Shown here: piece after piece, positions 31,838 to 42,627 of the stretch
How positions within the stretch are numbered: the first letter of the stretch is position 1
How the letters are laid out: each line of letters starts with the position of its first letter
Source: Nitrosopumilus sp.
GTDB lineage: Archaea; Thermoproteota; Nitrososphaeria; Nitrososphaerales; Nitrosopumilaceae
DNA: 64,000 nt
Assembly: GCA_965218695.1 (NCBI GenBank)
Contig: OZ244651.1
Coordinates: 544,001-608,000, forward strand
Reading direction: 5' to 3'
Program-made: the position numbers and the translations under genes
The notes under the pieces: model-generated
Told to the model about the DNA's origin: nothing
Database searches by the model: none
Seen by the model: only the letters and a program-made list of their open reading frames with translations

Positions 31838-32454
31838 TTTTTGTTTAGCTCCTTGTAATCGCGGTCTTCATTATATGCACGGTTCAGATTCATAGAGTTC
31901 GCCTTAGATAACGCGTTCATCATCATCATTAAATTCATTCTACTATTTTTCCTTATCTGTCACCCTCAAAAGAATAGTATGGTATCACAAGTATGAGCGG
32001 GAGCTTGACTTGCTCCTGTCCAGACACCATAGGTAGATGATCTTCGTGACAGGAACCGGCAGTTTGAATACACCGCCATTGTCCTTCAAGAAAGAATATA
32101 GCATCTTCAAGTACATCGAAGATCTACCCTGGTTAGACGCCCCTGGGCCCGCCTTCCAGAATGTCTTGTCTGAATGGAAGGAAACGGTCAAGAGAACCAT
32201 CGGCATGTCCGTGCCCACGAACGGATGAGTTCTGATGTCCGAGGTAGAAATACGTTTCAAGGAAATCAGTCCTAGTTTCGATTTACGCGACTACTGCCAC
32301 AGGAATCTGCTGTCCAGCATCGTGCCATGCCAGGAATTTCAGGTGCGGAAATCCGACCCGATGAGCTTGCATACCGCAGAATCTTAGCACAACAGTCTAA
32401 ACAGCAGCATGCTAGGCTGTTCCCCAGAAGACACTGGGCCGGACCCCGCTAGAA

Positions 32455-33675
32455 TGAGACCGATCAAATCCGAATGCCTTTTGGAGCAGGGGGTCGAGGG
32501 AAGGACATGAGCAAGAGACGTAGTCCCCAGGACAAGGCCAGGATAGTGATGGAGTTTTTTACCACCAATGTGCCAGCTGCCGAATTGTGCCGAAAGCACA
32601 ACGTGTCGCCTGCAACCTTCCAAGACTGGAAGGACAAGTTCCTGCAGGGAGGCAGGCAGGCTCTCATAAACAGGGGGGATGCAGCCAAAAACCATTTGGC
32701 AGAGGTGGAAAACCTCAAGCGCATAATAGGCGAGATCACCGTAGCCAACGACATTTTAAAAAAAACTTTGGAGGGAACAAAGTGATGAGGATGCAGGCCG
32801 TAAGTGACGTAAGCAAGTGCATGAGCCTGAACAGGGCCCTGCAATACTGCGGCATGTCCAAACACTCCTGGTACTACGCCAAGAAGCCAAGAGACGTGGC
32901 CATGGACCCGGACGTGGTTGACGTGGTTAGGAAGATAGCCTCCAAGCGCCCCGCGTACGGAACCAGACGCATGGCCGCGCAGGTCGCCAGGGAGACAAAC
33001 GTTCCAACAAATCGCAAGAAAATACAGCGGATATATCACAAAATAGGCTGGATCGAGCCCAAAAAGACTAAAAACGACATCATTCGTGCCTCAAGGCGCA
33101 GGAGGTTCAAGCCCACCGCACCCAACCAGCTGTGGGAGACTGACATAACGTACATCCACTGCGGGGTCGACGGATGGTGCTACTGTTTCAATGTCCTTGA
33201 CGTGTTTACCAGAAAGTGGATGGCGTACATGTTTGACACCACGGCTCCTGCCCACACGGCAGTGCAATCGGTGCTAAAGGCGGTGTCGTCTGCAGGAGAG
33301 ATCTCAAACCTGAGGCTCAGGACCGGCAACGGTTCCCAGTACAGCAGCCGCGAATTCAAAAAGGCCATGCAGGCGCTGGGGATAAAGCACGAGTTCATCT
33401 GGAAGCAGACGCCGGAACAGAACGGACACGTGGAGTCATTCCACGGGACGCTCAAAAGGGAGTACATCTGGCCGCATGAGTTTGCGCGCTTTCAAGATGC
33501 AGAAGTCGTACTTGCAAAGGCCTTTGAGGACTACAACAAGGACAGGATCCACTCGGCTCTGGGGTATCTCACACCCGACGAGTTTATCGGCAAGATGGAG
33601 GTTGGGAATAAATGAGAGGCAGGATCATTCGGAAAAAGATGCAAAAAGTGGTACCAAAAACAAGAGTCCAGATCA
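32455..33675 (+). mobile_element. IS3-family element (orfA 32507-32785, orfB to 33615)
   Basis: TG...CA ends (weak TIR); HTH orfA; A8 slippery run at the overlap; PNQLWETDITY, NGHVESFH, YN..R.HSALGY. Confidence 0.9.
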
Positions 33676-33892
33676 GGCACCTATAATGGCTGCTGCTATG
33701 GCACCCCATTCTGTGAACTCCAACAACATTAACCCGAATACTGGACTTATGTCCGTTACCAATGGAATGTATTATGCTTCTGCACATGTTGGAAATATTT
33801 ACTCAACGTCTTGTATTACCAATCTAGATCACTGAATTTCTAGGGAAAATCAGGTCCTGCAGGCGGGTTGTCGCCAGACATAATTCTTAATT

Positions 33893-34363
33893 TTATTTTT
33901 TAAATATCTGGAGTATCAAATAGCCAATCCCCAAGGCAATAATTCCCAGCAGTATCATCTCCCACCATTTCAAAGGGCGATCTGGCTTAATGATTTTTGG
34001 CAGACTGCACGTATCTGGAATTGGTGTAATTACAGAGTATTCGATTCCAATTTGTTCCAACAGAACCGGCAATCCATCGTGAGAGGGATAACTGTGTATC
34101 TGATTGGTGTGAGCCCCTGGATACTCAGGGGGAGGTTCTAATTCAGATTCTATTATGCCATTTGGCATAACTTTCAAGTGTATTTGTAACAATTCAAAAA
34201 ATCGATATCGTAATCCAAACACTTGGCCATGGTTTTCTTCTCCAACCGGCTGTTTTTCAAATCCTATTTCTTCCAACCGCGTTCTACAAGTGTCAATGTC
34301 TTCTGGTCTAATCATAAAGCAACGACAATGATGTTCATCAGAACCATTTGTATATTTAGACAA
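33893..34363 (-). CDS. Hypothetical protein with a C-terminal TM anchor
   Basis: 156-aa AT-rich ORF ending WWEMILLGIIALGIGYLILQIFKK. Confidence 0.7.
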   Translation of the reverse strand: MSKYTNGSDEHHCRCFMIRPEDIDTCRTRLEEIGFEKQPVGEENHGQVFGLRYRFFELLQIHLKVMPNGIIESELEPPPEYPGAHTNQIHSYPSHDGLPVLLEQIGIEYSVITPIPDTCSLPKIIKPDRPLKWWEMILLGIIALGIGYLILQIFKK

Positions 34364-34611
34364 TAGTTAATCGTTTTCATATTGTGTTAATAAATTCACT
34401 GGTTGACCTTGAACACATGCTCAGGCCTCCTTCCAACTCAGGTGTGAATATCCACATAATCATGTATTCTTGTGCCTAAACTGAATTTTAACTTGAGGAT
34501 GTATAACCACGCAGGTTTAGAATGCACATGCTAAATCCCGAAGACGTGAAAAGGTGGGCTAGAAGACTAATCAGTTGATCCGCAGTTGAGACATGAGCGA
34601 CGGGGGCTCTT

Positions 34612-34775
34612 CAAATCGGGTAATCTGGCACGTATTGGTTGGATGGATGTTGGTTGGGATTCACAATTTTGAGTAGAGTCGATTTTCGTCGGTGTATATC
34701 TTGGCATCTTTCGCCTTGTGCTCATCGATATAAGCCCCGTTTTTTGACGAAGATGTGGGCAATGCTTCTTTTTGT
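34612..34775 (-). pseudogene. Possible IS1595-family transposase remnant
   Basis: YIDEHKAKDAKIYTDENRLYSKL resembles the IYTD..Y motif. A homologous DNA stretch of about 50 bp lies at 13991-14042. Confidence 0.4.
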
Positions 34776-34812
34776 ACAATATAGCTATATTATACCGTAA
34801 TGTACTGTATGC

Positions 34813-35067
34813 ATGAACTTAGAAATCACGCATGTGCGCAAGGATACCACAAATAGGATATCGCATGTTAAGATTGTTCAGAGAATATTCCCAGTTGGGA
34901 CGGTAGCATCATGGATACGAACAAAACAGCATTATGTTTATACGAAGAAACTTGGAACAGTTGCAACGGTTTATGCTAGAGTACACCCAACAACAAAGAG
35001 AACATTCCTGACTACTGAGCCGGATGGGATTTATGAAAACAACTTAGAGTTCTTGCCTGCATGCTAA
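34813..35067 (+). CDS. DUF3892-like protein
   Basis: ITHVRK...ISHV...WI...YT...FLTTEPDG...NNL..LP.C pattern. Confidence 0.75.
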   Translation: MNLEITHVRKDTTNRISHVKIVQRIFPVGTVASWIRTKQHYVYTKKLGTVATVYARVHPTTKRTFLTTEPDGIYENNLEFLPAC

Positions 35068-35261
35068 ATTTATGGGGCGGGCATAAAAGACAATCTAATC
35101 GGATAGGCAAATTGTGTCCTTTAGTGGTCCGTACCAAGCTTTAGGCGCATTTCCCTTGTAAAATAGGCAACACACACTCGCGGGACGGACCGGCAGTACC
35201 AAGTCCAAGTTGCTAGCGCGTCATGCCCTGTCTATCAGTTTCAGCGCACACCACTTGATCT

Positions 35262-36597
35262 CAGTAATCCCAGATGTGCCATCTAGCACCTGATGCAAAC
35301 AGATCAATGGGGGCACGCCCAGACGATCCTTATGTACCACCAAAAAGATCGCCTGAGACGCGATATGATGAACAATGGCAAAATATATGAATCTGTTGAG
35401 AAGGTGCTGAGAGAAAGCATCGTGCCGTCCGCCGAGGTCTCCAAAAGGTACAACGCGACATATGGCGCAAGCGACTTTAACGTCGGCATGCTGCATGCCG
35501 CGATGCTTGACACTTCGGTCGGCGGATGCAGCTTCGCCATGAGAGAAATCACGGCGCAGTCCATCGAGAATCCAAGATATTCACGTCATTCTCCAAGCGA
35601 CGAGTGGTTTCGCGATATCCTGTCCAAGACGGACAAGGGTAAGGCGCTTGAGACTTTTAACCAGGCGGTAAGGGCACAGCTGGATGAGCTTTACCTGTTT
35701 GGCAGGCTGCCTGATGTGCTTGATGTGGCCATCGACATGCACCTGATACCGTGCCACAGCAAGAAACTTGGCTCTGACCTGAGAGGCGGAGAGCGCAAGA
35801 GCGGCACCAACAGATTCGAGGCGTACATCACGGCGCAGTGCGTCAACTCCAAATCGCGGCTTATCCTTGCGGCCCTATACGTGGACAAGTCCTCATCCGT
35901 GCACGAATCCCTGCGTGAAATCCTCAATTCGTGCCTAGAAAACGTCTCCGCCGTCGGATCCAGGCTGGGACTGATCCTGGTTGACAGGGGCTTCTTTTCA
36001 GTGAACTCAATATCCGAGATTGAGCGTCTTAGCCTTGAGTACCTGATGCCGTGCACCAGAACCAGTAGGGTGAAAGACTCGCTGCGCAAGTTCGTGGCCA
36101 AAACGCTCGGCCCCATCTCAAAATCCGACATGACGAATTCTGACAAGGCAACGGTTCAGTACCACATGATCATAGCAGAGAAGAAGAGAGTAAGGAAGGA
36201 AAGTGAGGGGGCGAAGAACGGGGACAAGAAGGCAGGTGCGCCGGAAGATCGATACATTGCGTTTGCCACCAATGCCCCGTGGATGGATGTAGAGGAATAT
36301 TCCAAAAGGTGGACCATCGAGACATGCTACAGACTGGTAGAGAATGCCAGGGCAAAATCGTTCGGCAGCAGTAGGCCTGCCCGGCTTTTCTGCTTTCTGT
36401 ACTCGCTGATGCTATTCAATGCGTGGGTGCTGGTAAACGCGCAGCTGGCCAGCTTTCTGAAGCTGCGTGACGGAGTCCTTCCGGTGACGCAGCTGTATAT
36501 GAAAATTGTCACGCTAATAGCAATCTATCGGAATATTACGATTCAGCCCGAGCCACCGCCAGATCCCGTGGCTCCGTGAGCACATCTGGGATTACTG
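35262..36597 (+). mobile_element. ISH3-family element (intact transposase ORF 35293-36579)
   Basis: Perfect 18-bp TIR CAGTAATCCCAGATGTGC, 5-bp TSD GATCT; AIDMH, VDRGFF, YSKRWTIETCYR. Confidence 0.95.
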
Positions 36598-36625
36598 GAT
36601 CTCCACGTTGCTGTGGTCGTCATAG

Positions 36626-37872
36626 CAGCTAAGCGAAAAGTGCCTCATCTGAGATCAGGTAGGCGGTTTGGACTGGCGTATGAGGAGTGATTCCAACTGC
36701 ACCTTGAACGTGAGCATGGTCATGACACTCTGCCTTTCGGTACCGTCAGAAAGCATTGCCCTGACGATTATCCATTCATTGTACAATGTTAGGGAATAGT
36801 AAAAACACAACATCCGCGATTCCATGTCCGAAATCCGCGTCTTGGCCCTGCACTCCTCGATTTTACCGTACCCGGTCTCTATTCCCCATCTTTTGGCATA
36901 AGCCTCCGTCTTGATTGTGGGGTGGTTTGTTGCAAACCCGATGTACCTCTCTTCTGGAACGTCAGGGTCTTTGGCGTTTTTTCTTTCAGTTATTATCATG
37001 GAATATTCGACGGAGCCCTGGTTGTTCTCAATCACGTTTGTTGAGATCCTTTCCCTCTTTCCTTGTGCAAAATCCTGCAGGGCTTCCACCACGTTGGGCG
37101 TGTTCCTGCACGGCATCAGGTACCTTACGCCGTTTGCCCGCAGCCTGCTTATCGTGTCGACTGAGAAGAATTCCCGGTCAAGCAGCGCCAGGCGGATCCT
37201 GATGCCCATCCCTGCCATGGTCTTGAGGACTGCATCCACGTAATCAGGCACGAATTCGAGCCTTTTGAGGTATGATGCTGCAAGGACCATGCGCATCTTG
37301 TCGTTTACGCACTGGACTGTCATGTAACGCTCAAAATACGTGGTTCCGTTTTTGTATTTGGAACGGGTCAGCTCCCCTCCGGGTGCCCGGTCATAACGCG
37401 GTATGAGGTGCATGTCGATTGCGATGTCCAGTCCTTCTTTTGGGAATTTGCCCAGTTTTTTGAATGTGTCAAGTTGCACTGCCACCATTTCTTCGAATGC
37501 GCGCTGAACCGTGCCCTGCTCCATCCCCTTGATTGCCGATGCATGCCACCTGTCGGAGGGAGCGTCGCAGTGCGTGCGCTTTACCGCGTTTGCGCACCCG
37601 CCTACGGACGAATCCATGGTGGCTCCCCTCAGCATGCCGTGATTTAGATCGTCTGTTCCAAATACCGCATTGTACCTGTTTGACGTGTTGGCGCAGGCAA
37701 GCATGTTTTTCATGCCGCTTGCGACATCTTGATATATTCTTGGATTGTTCAGTAGATCGCGGCCCTGCTTGGTTTTTTGTCTAGACAACAAAAACCATAG
37801 GGCCGTACCCTTATTGATCTGCTTGCATTCTTGTCAGATTTTGCCTAGATCAAAGCACATTTCGCTTAGCTG
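36626..37872 (-). mobile_element. ISH3-family element (transposase 36655-37791)
   Basis: TIR CAGCTAAGCGAAA(A/T)GTGC; near-TSD CATAG/AATAG; AIDMH, LDREFF, YAKRWGIETGY. Confidence 0.93.
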
Positions 37873-38024
37873 AATAGGTGCAAACCTATTTCTGTTTATC
37901 ATGGGTTGATCTTCTGTTCCAGAATTAACTTCGATGATCAATCACGTGTGCGCCACGGTGGTTGCACTGTTTATAGGTACAAAACGAGAGATCCTGAAAA
38001 AACCATTCCGTCGCATGGACCTAG

Positions 38025-41000
38025 TCACGATTCTATCTGCGACTTTCCGCCGGTCTTTGACACCCTGTAGATTCGGTCCGCGTACGACTCTAGTTCCGCG
38101 TCGTGGGACACCAGTATCACCTGCGTGGCGCCTGCCTCGTCCAGTACCGTCCGGACCTTCTCCAGCTGCGACTTTGAAAAGCCGTCAGTCGGTTCGTCAA
38201 GCATCAGCGCGCCCGACTCCATGCCGGAGTCCTCCCGCACCATCTTGGCCAGTGTCAAGCGGTACGCCAGCGCTATGCTGGTCTTCTCGCCTCCCGACAG
38301 GTTATACACCGACTGGTCGTGGCCTGATTCCGTGATTATCGGGGTAAAGTCGGCGTCTATGCCGGACTCCTTGGCGGGGTCGTCAAGCAGTATGGAGTAG
38401 AACTCCCCGTACAGGCGGTTGAACCTCGCGCGGATGCTCTCCAGTGAACGCTCCTCCATGATGTTGACGGACGGCACGAATATCTTCTCCATCCATTCCC
38501 GGTATCGTCCCAGGCTGGCATGCTTGGCCTTCCAGGACTTGCGATCTTCTATGGAATCCTTGCACTCTGCTATGGCCTCCTGCGCGTTCTTCAGGTTGGT
38601 TCTGGCAGTGGCCAGATCCACATTGACGCTTGACTCCTTTTGGCGCCACGACGCCAGCGTCTCTTCGATTGACTTCATGGTCTCGTCCAGTTTGTCAAAC
38701 GGGGCAAGCTCGGCCCGCTTTGCGGACAATGCTTCCTCCAGGGAATGGAGCCTTTGTTCGTCTGATTTGATTGATTCGGATGCCTTCACCGCCTGCGACT
38801 CCAGAGACATCATCCGTAATTGGGCATAATCACGAGATTGGACGCATTGCAGGACAAATCTGGCTGACTGCATGGAATTGCATGTCAATTCGAACTTGCC
38901 CGATGATCAAAACTATACGTCAGCCGTGTTTTATTCTGATTGCCAATGTCAAAGCATGTCATTATACGACAAATTAGCAAAAAAGCCCAAACTGTTCATC
39001 CGGTGCACTGGACTGACAGTCTCCGAATTTAATTTGGTGGCAGGGCGGCTGGCAAAAAAATACCCCAAGGCAGAGCAAAAGCGACTCGCCAAAAGAAGCA
39101 GGGTGCGCGGCATTGGTGCCGGACGCAGGTGGAAACTGGATCTGAAAAACAGGTTTCTTCTGGTCCTGTTTTATTACAGGACATACGCTACGCAGGATCT
39201 TCTTGCCATGGTGTTTCAGATGGGCCAGGCTAGCGTGTCCCGCAGCATGGGGGCACTGGAGCCGTCGATCCGGCAGTGCGTTCCGCTTCCGTCAAAGATC
39301 TACGCCAACATCAAGGCCACCAAGACGCTTGACGATCTTGAGGAGATCATTCCGGGCCTGACTGCCCTGATTGATGCCTCAGAGCAGCAGATACAACGTC
39401 CCGGACGCAAGGACATGGAACGGTCCCACTACTCGGGCAAGGCACACAGGCACACGTCCAAGATCCAGTACACGTCGGCCACAGATGGCCTCATCATTCA
39501 CAAGACCCGGCATTCCCCGGGCAGGATCCACGACTTTGCAGTATTCAAAAAGAAACACCCGACATTCCCTGACAACCTTTCACGCAAGGACGGGAGCAAG
39601 GACAAGGAAAGGATCAAAGTCAGAGAGATCCTGGACAACGGATACCAGGGGATCAACAAAGAATTTCCTGACCGGGATGCAGTAGTGCCGTACAAGAAGC
39701 AAAAAGGCGCAGAATTGTCCCCCGAGCAGAAGGAATTCAACAAAAAGCACTCAAAGGCACGGGTGTATGTGGAGCACGCCATCCGCAGGGTCAAACGGTT
39801 TCGCATAATGAGCGGTGTCTACCGAAACCGCCTGAAAAAATACGACACCGTCAATGACATCGTCTGCGGATTTGCCAACCTCAGGGTTCTCCTAGTCCGG
39901 GAAGCAACCTGATAGGAGTCAAAAAACCTACACAGTATAGGAAAATATGTACAATTTCTAATTACGGATTATGTCTCAGGGACTCCAAGGCGGCCTTTGC
40001 ATCCTTCAGGTCATGGATGGCATCCTCGTACTCTGCGACGGAGCGGCGCAATCCATCCAGGTCGCCCAGGCGTGACTTGGCCTTCTGCAGCGGCCTTGCC
40101 TTGGATGCCAGCGATTCAAAATCTGCTGTTTTGGTGCTGATTATATCCCCGGTCTCCTCGGCGTCCCTTGCCGCCTGCAGTTGTTCCCGCGCATCCGAAA
40201 TGGTTGACTCCGTCTTGGATATCAACGCGTTTGCCTCCTTGGCCTGCACGGATATCTCATCCAAGTTTGACTTCAAAGACATGATCCTCTTTCCGACCGT
40301 CTTGGCAGCCTCCTTCCCGTCCGTTCCATGCAGTCCCTGCATGCAAAGGGGGCAGGAGTCGTCATGCTCCAAACTTTCAGCATTCTCTTCTAGCATGCGC
40401 ACCTTGCCACGAAGCACGCTGCCGCGCGCCACGAGGTCGTCCCTTGAAGATTTTGCGTCTTCAAGTTCCGCCTGCATCAGGTCCACGCGGACCTGCAACT
40501 CGCCTACGTCCGCGGCATGGTCGGCAATGCCTGCCTGCAGCGACTTGATCTCCGCGTCCAGTGAATCCATCTTGGCAGTCACACGTATCAATTCGTCTGC
40601 GTCTGGCCGCAGCCGTTCCATGGAAACGTCCAGCTGGCGCAGCGTCATGGTGGAGTGAGGCTTTGGAATCGCGCCGGCGTCCAGTTTCTCCTTCAGCGGT
40701 ACCATCGCTGCACGATACCCATCTGCCTCCCTGGTCGCCTTGCCGATGTTCTCCCGAATGCCCTCAATCTGGGATTCCAGCACGTCTGCCTCGCTTGACG
40801 CCTTGTTTTTCGCGTCCCGTTCCTTTTCGGCCTTTGAGTATGCTGCCTCGCACGACCTTACCTCCACTCCTGCCGCCTTGGCGTCTGCATCCAGCAGCGC
40901 TATGTTACCCTTCAAATCCTTGGCCATGTCCTGGTGCGATGCAAGTTTTTCCTCCAACTGGGGCACGTCCTCGAACCGTATGGAATACTCCTTCATGGTG

Positions 41001-41551
41001 CGCTTTATCTCCGACACCACCTTCTTGGCATTCTCCCTTGCCACTGCAAACCCGTCTATCTTGAACGCCCTGCGTATGGTCTCGGTGCGTTTTTTGGGAT
41101 CTGCCAGCACGGCCTGCATGTCCTCCTGCGGCGTGTACACGGCGTACCGGAATATGCTGGTCTCGGCGCTGGTTCCGGCAGGCTCGTCGGTCCCCAAAAT
41201 CTGTATAACCTTCTGCTTCATCTCGCCCACGCCCAGCGTGTCGTCCTTGACCCCGTCCTCGCTTATCCACGCGCTCTTCGCATTCTGCCCTATCTTGCCG
41301 CCGGACTCCTTGATGGCACGGTATATCTCGTAGGAGCGGCCGTTGGACTCGAATGCCAGCTTGATGGAGCCCGACTGTTTCCCCTTAGACAGGAGGGCGT
41401 CGGACTTTTGCCCGCCGAAGCCGAACAACGCGAACTCTATGGCCATCAATATGGTAGACTTGCCGCATCCGATATCGCCAATCAACAGCGTGGTGCCGGA
41501 GTCAAACTCGATGCGGCATGAATCGTAGCTCCGCACGTTGTCGATTTCCAG
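38025..41551 (-). pseudogene. rad50: Second Rad50 paralogue, split by IS5 and lacking its first codons and promoter
   Basis: Walker A GDIGCGKS, Q-loop YTPQE, Zn hook CPLC, LSGGE, LDEPT, VSHD. The halves rejoin in frame (ESL/ESQ) when the IS and one TSD copy are removed. Confidence 0.92.
38805..39976 (+). mobile_element. IS5-family (DDE_Tnp_4 type) element inside rad50-2
   Basis: TIR AGACAT(C/A)ATCCGTAATT, 3-bp TSD CAG; IDASE, YSGK, HD, DNGYQG, RVYVEH. Confidence 0.93.
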
Positions 41552-41639
41552 GGATGGAAAAAGCGGCGGACTTGGCAGAACTGCAGGCCAGAGCCACGAA
41601 GAACGAAATAATCAAAAAACGCCACAAGCTTGGTCGCAG

Positions 41640-41822
41640 CTAGTCCTCGCACATCTTTATTCCGTGCGCGTATTCCATGGCGTAGAACCCGTAAAACATG
41701 CACTCGAATCCCAGACCAACATTCCTGGCTATTGCTGCATTCTCCAACCTGCCGGCGGCCTTTTCCTTCTTTGCCGCATCATACATGGCCGCAGCCGTGC
41801 GCAGCAATTCCTCGCAGTCCAT
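41640..41822 (-). CDS. Small hypothetical helical protein
   Basis: MDCEELLRTAAAMYDAAKKEKAAG...; 60 aa. Confidence 0.45.
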   Translation of the reverse strand: MDCEELLRTAAAMYDAAKKEKAAGRLENAAIARNVGLGFECMFYGFYAMEYAHGIKMCED

Positions 41823-41899
41823 GATGACATGATGCGCCTGAATGGTAAATGAGTTTTGTGGCAGTAGGATGCGGGTCAAGACGCGCGGTTCCGGCCGCC

Positions 41900-42553
41900 C
41901 TACCACTGGTACGCGAACGCGACTGCAACCACGAAGAACGCTGACACGGCTGCAAACGTTATGAACGGGGGCGCGTATTCGACGTAGTTGCGCGTGGACG
42001 GTCCTGCAAACTCTTGGTTGGCCGACTTGCGCCCCAGTTTCAGTCTCCGTCTGCCGTCCACGGTATTTTCTGCCAGAAAGACGTGCTTGTCAAACCCGCG
42101 TTGCCTGTGCACCAAAAAGAACGCAAGGCACTTGCGCACGCGTCCGTCAGACACGTCGCCAAACAGCCTGCCGCGCGCCGCATCAGACACGTTGAGCAGC
42201 ACGTTCCCGCCAACCGTGAAGGCCACGCCAAACACTATACCGACGATAAACACCATCAGCATGGTAGGCATAAACCCCGCATAGACAGGGTATATGACGG
42301 CGCCGGTAATTATGGCAAACATGTCGGCCGTGCCGAACACCTTGAACCTCCACAGCATGACTGCAGCCGATGCAGAACACAGTACCAACAGCACCGCGTA
42401 GGAGTCCGTGTTTTGCCAGTCAAGCACGTACAGTGCGGCACCGGCGGCGCCGAATACGAGAAACAGCCTGTCGTCCATTTCGCGGGTCCGAAAATCGAAC
42501 CACCCAAGCACGGCAAACATTCCAAGAAACAACGCCATGCGGATCTCTTCCAT
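41900..42553 (-). CDS. Prepilin/prearchaellin peptidase (A24, FlaK/PibD-like)
   Basis: WFDFRTREMDD (first catalytic Asp), FGTAD (GxGD-like), multi-TM, C-terminal PF.TF helix. Confidence 0.85.
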   Translation of the reverse strand: MEEIRMALFLGMFAVLGWFDFRTREMDDRLFLVFGAAGAALYVLDWQNTDSYAVLLVLCSASAAVMLWRFKVFGTADMFAIITGAVIYPVYAGFMPTMLMVFIVGIVFGVAFTVGGNVLLNVSDAARGRLFGDVSDGRVRKCLAFFLVHRQRGFDKHVFLAENTVDGRRRLKLGRKSANQEFAGPSTRNYVEYAPPFITFAAVSAFFVVAVAFAYQW

Positions 42554-42627
42554 GGGGTGAATTCACGCGTGGCATAAAAGGCCGGCAGCCGGTTTTAGTC
42601 CTTAAATGCCAAAGCATCCTTCAAACC

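Noticed and set aside
33676-33835. Possible YVTN beta-propeller remnant (INPNTGLMSVTN)
   Set aside because: Too short and degenerate to support.
42370-42627. N-terminal extension of the VirB6-like ORF
   Set aside because: It overlaps the peptidase on the opposite strand; ATG 42628 has a TATA box and a signal-like N-terminus.
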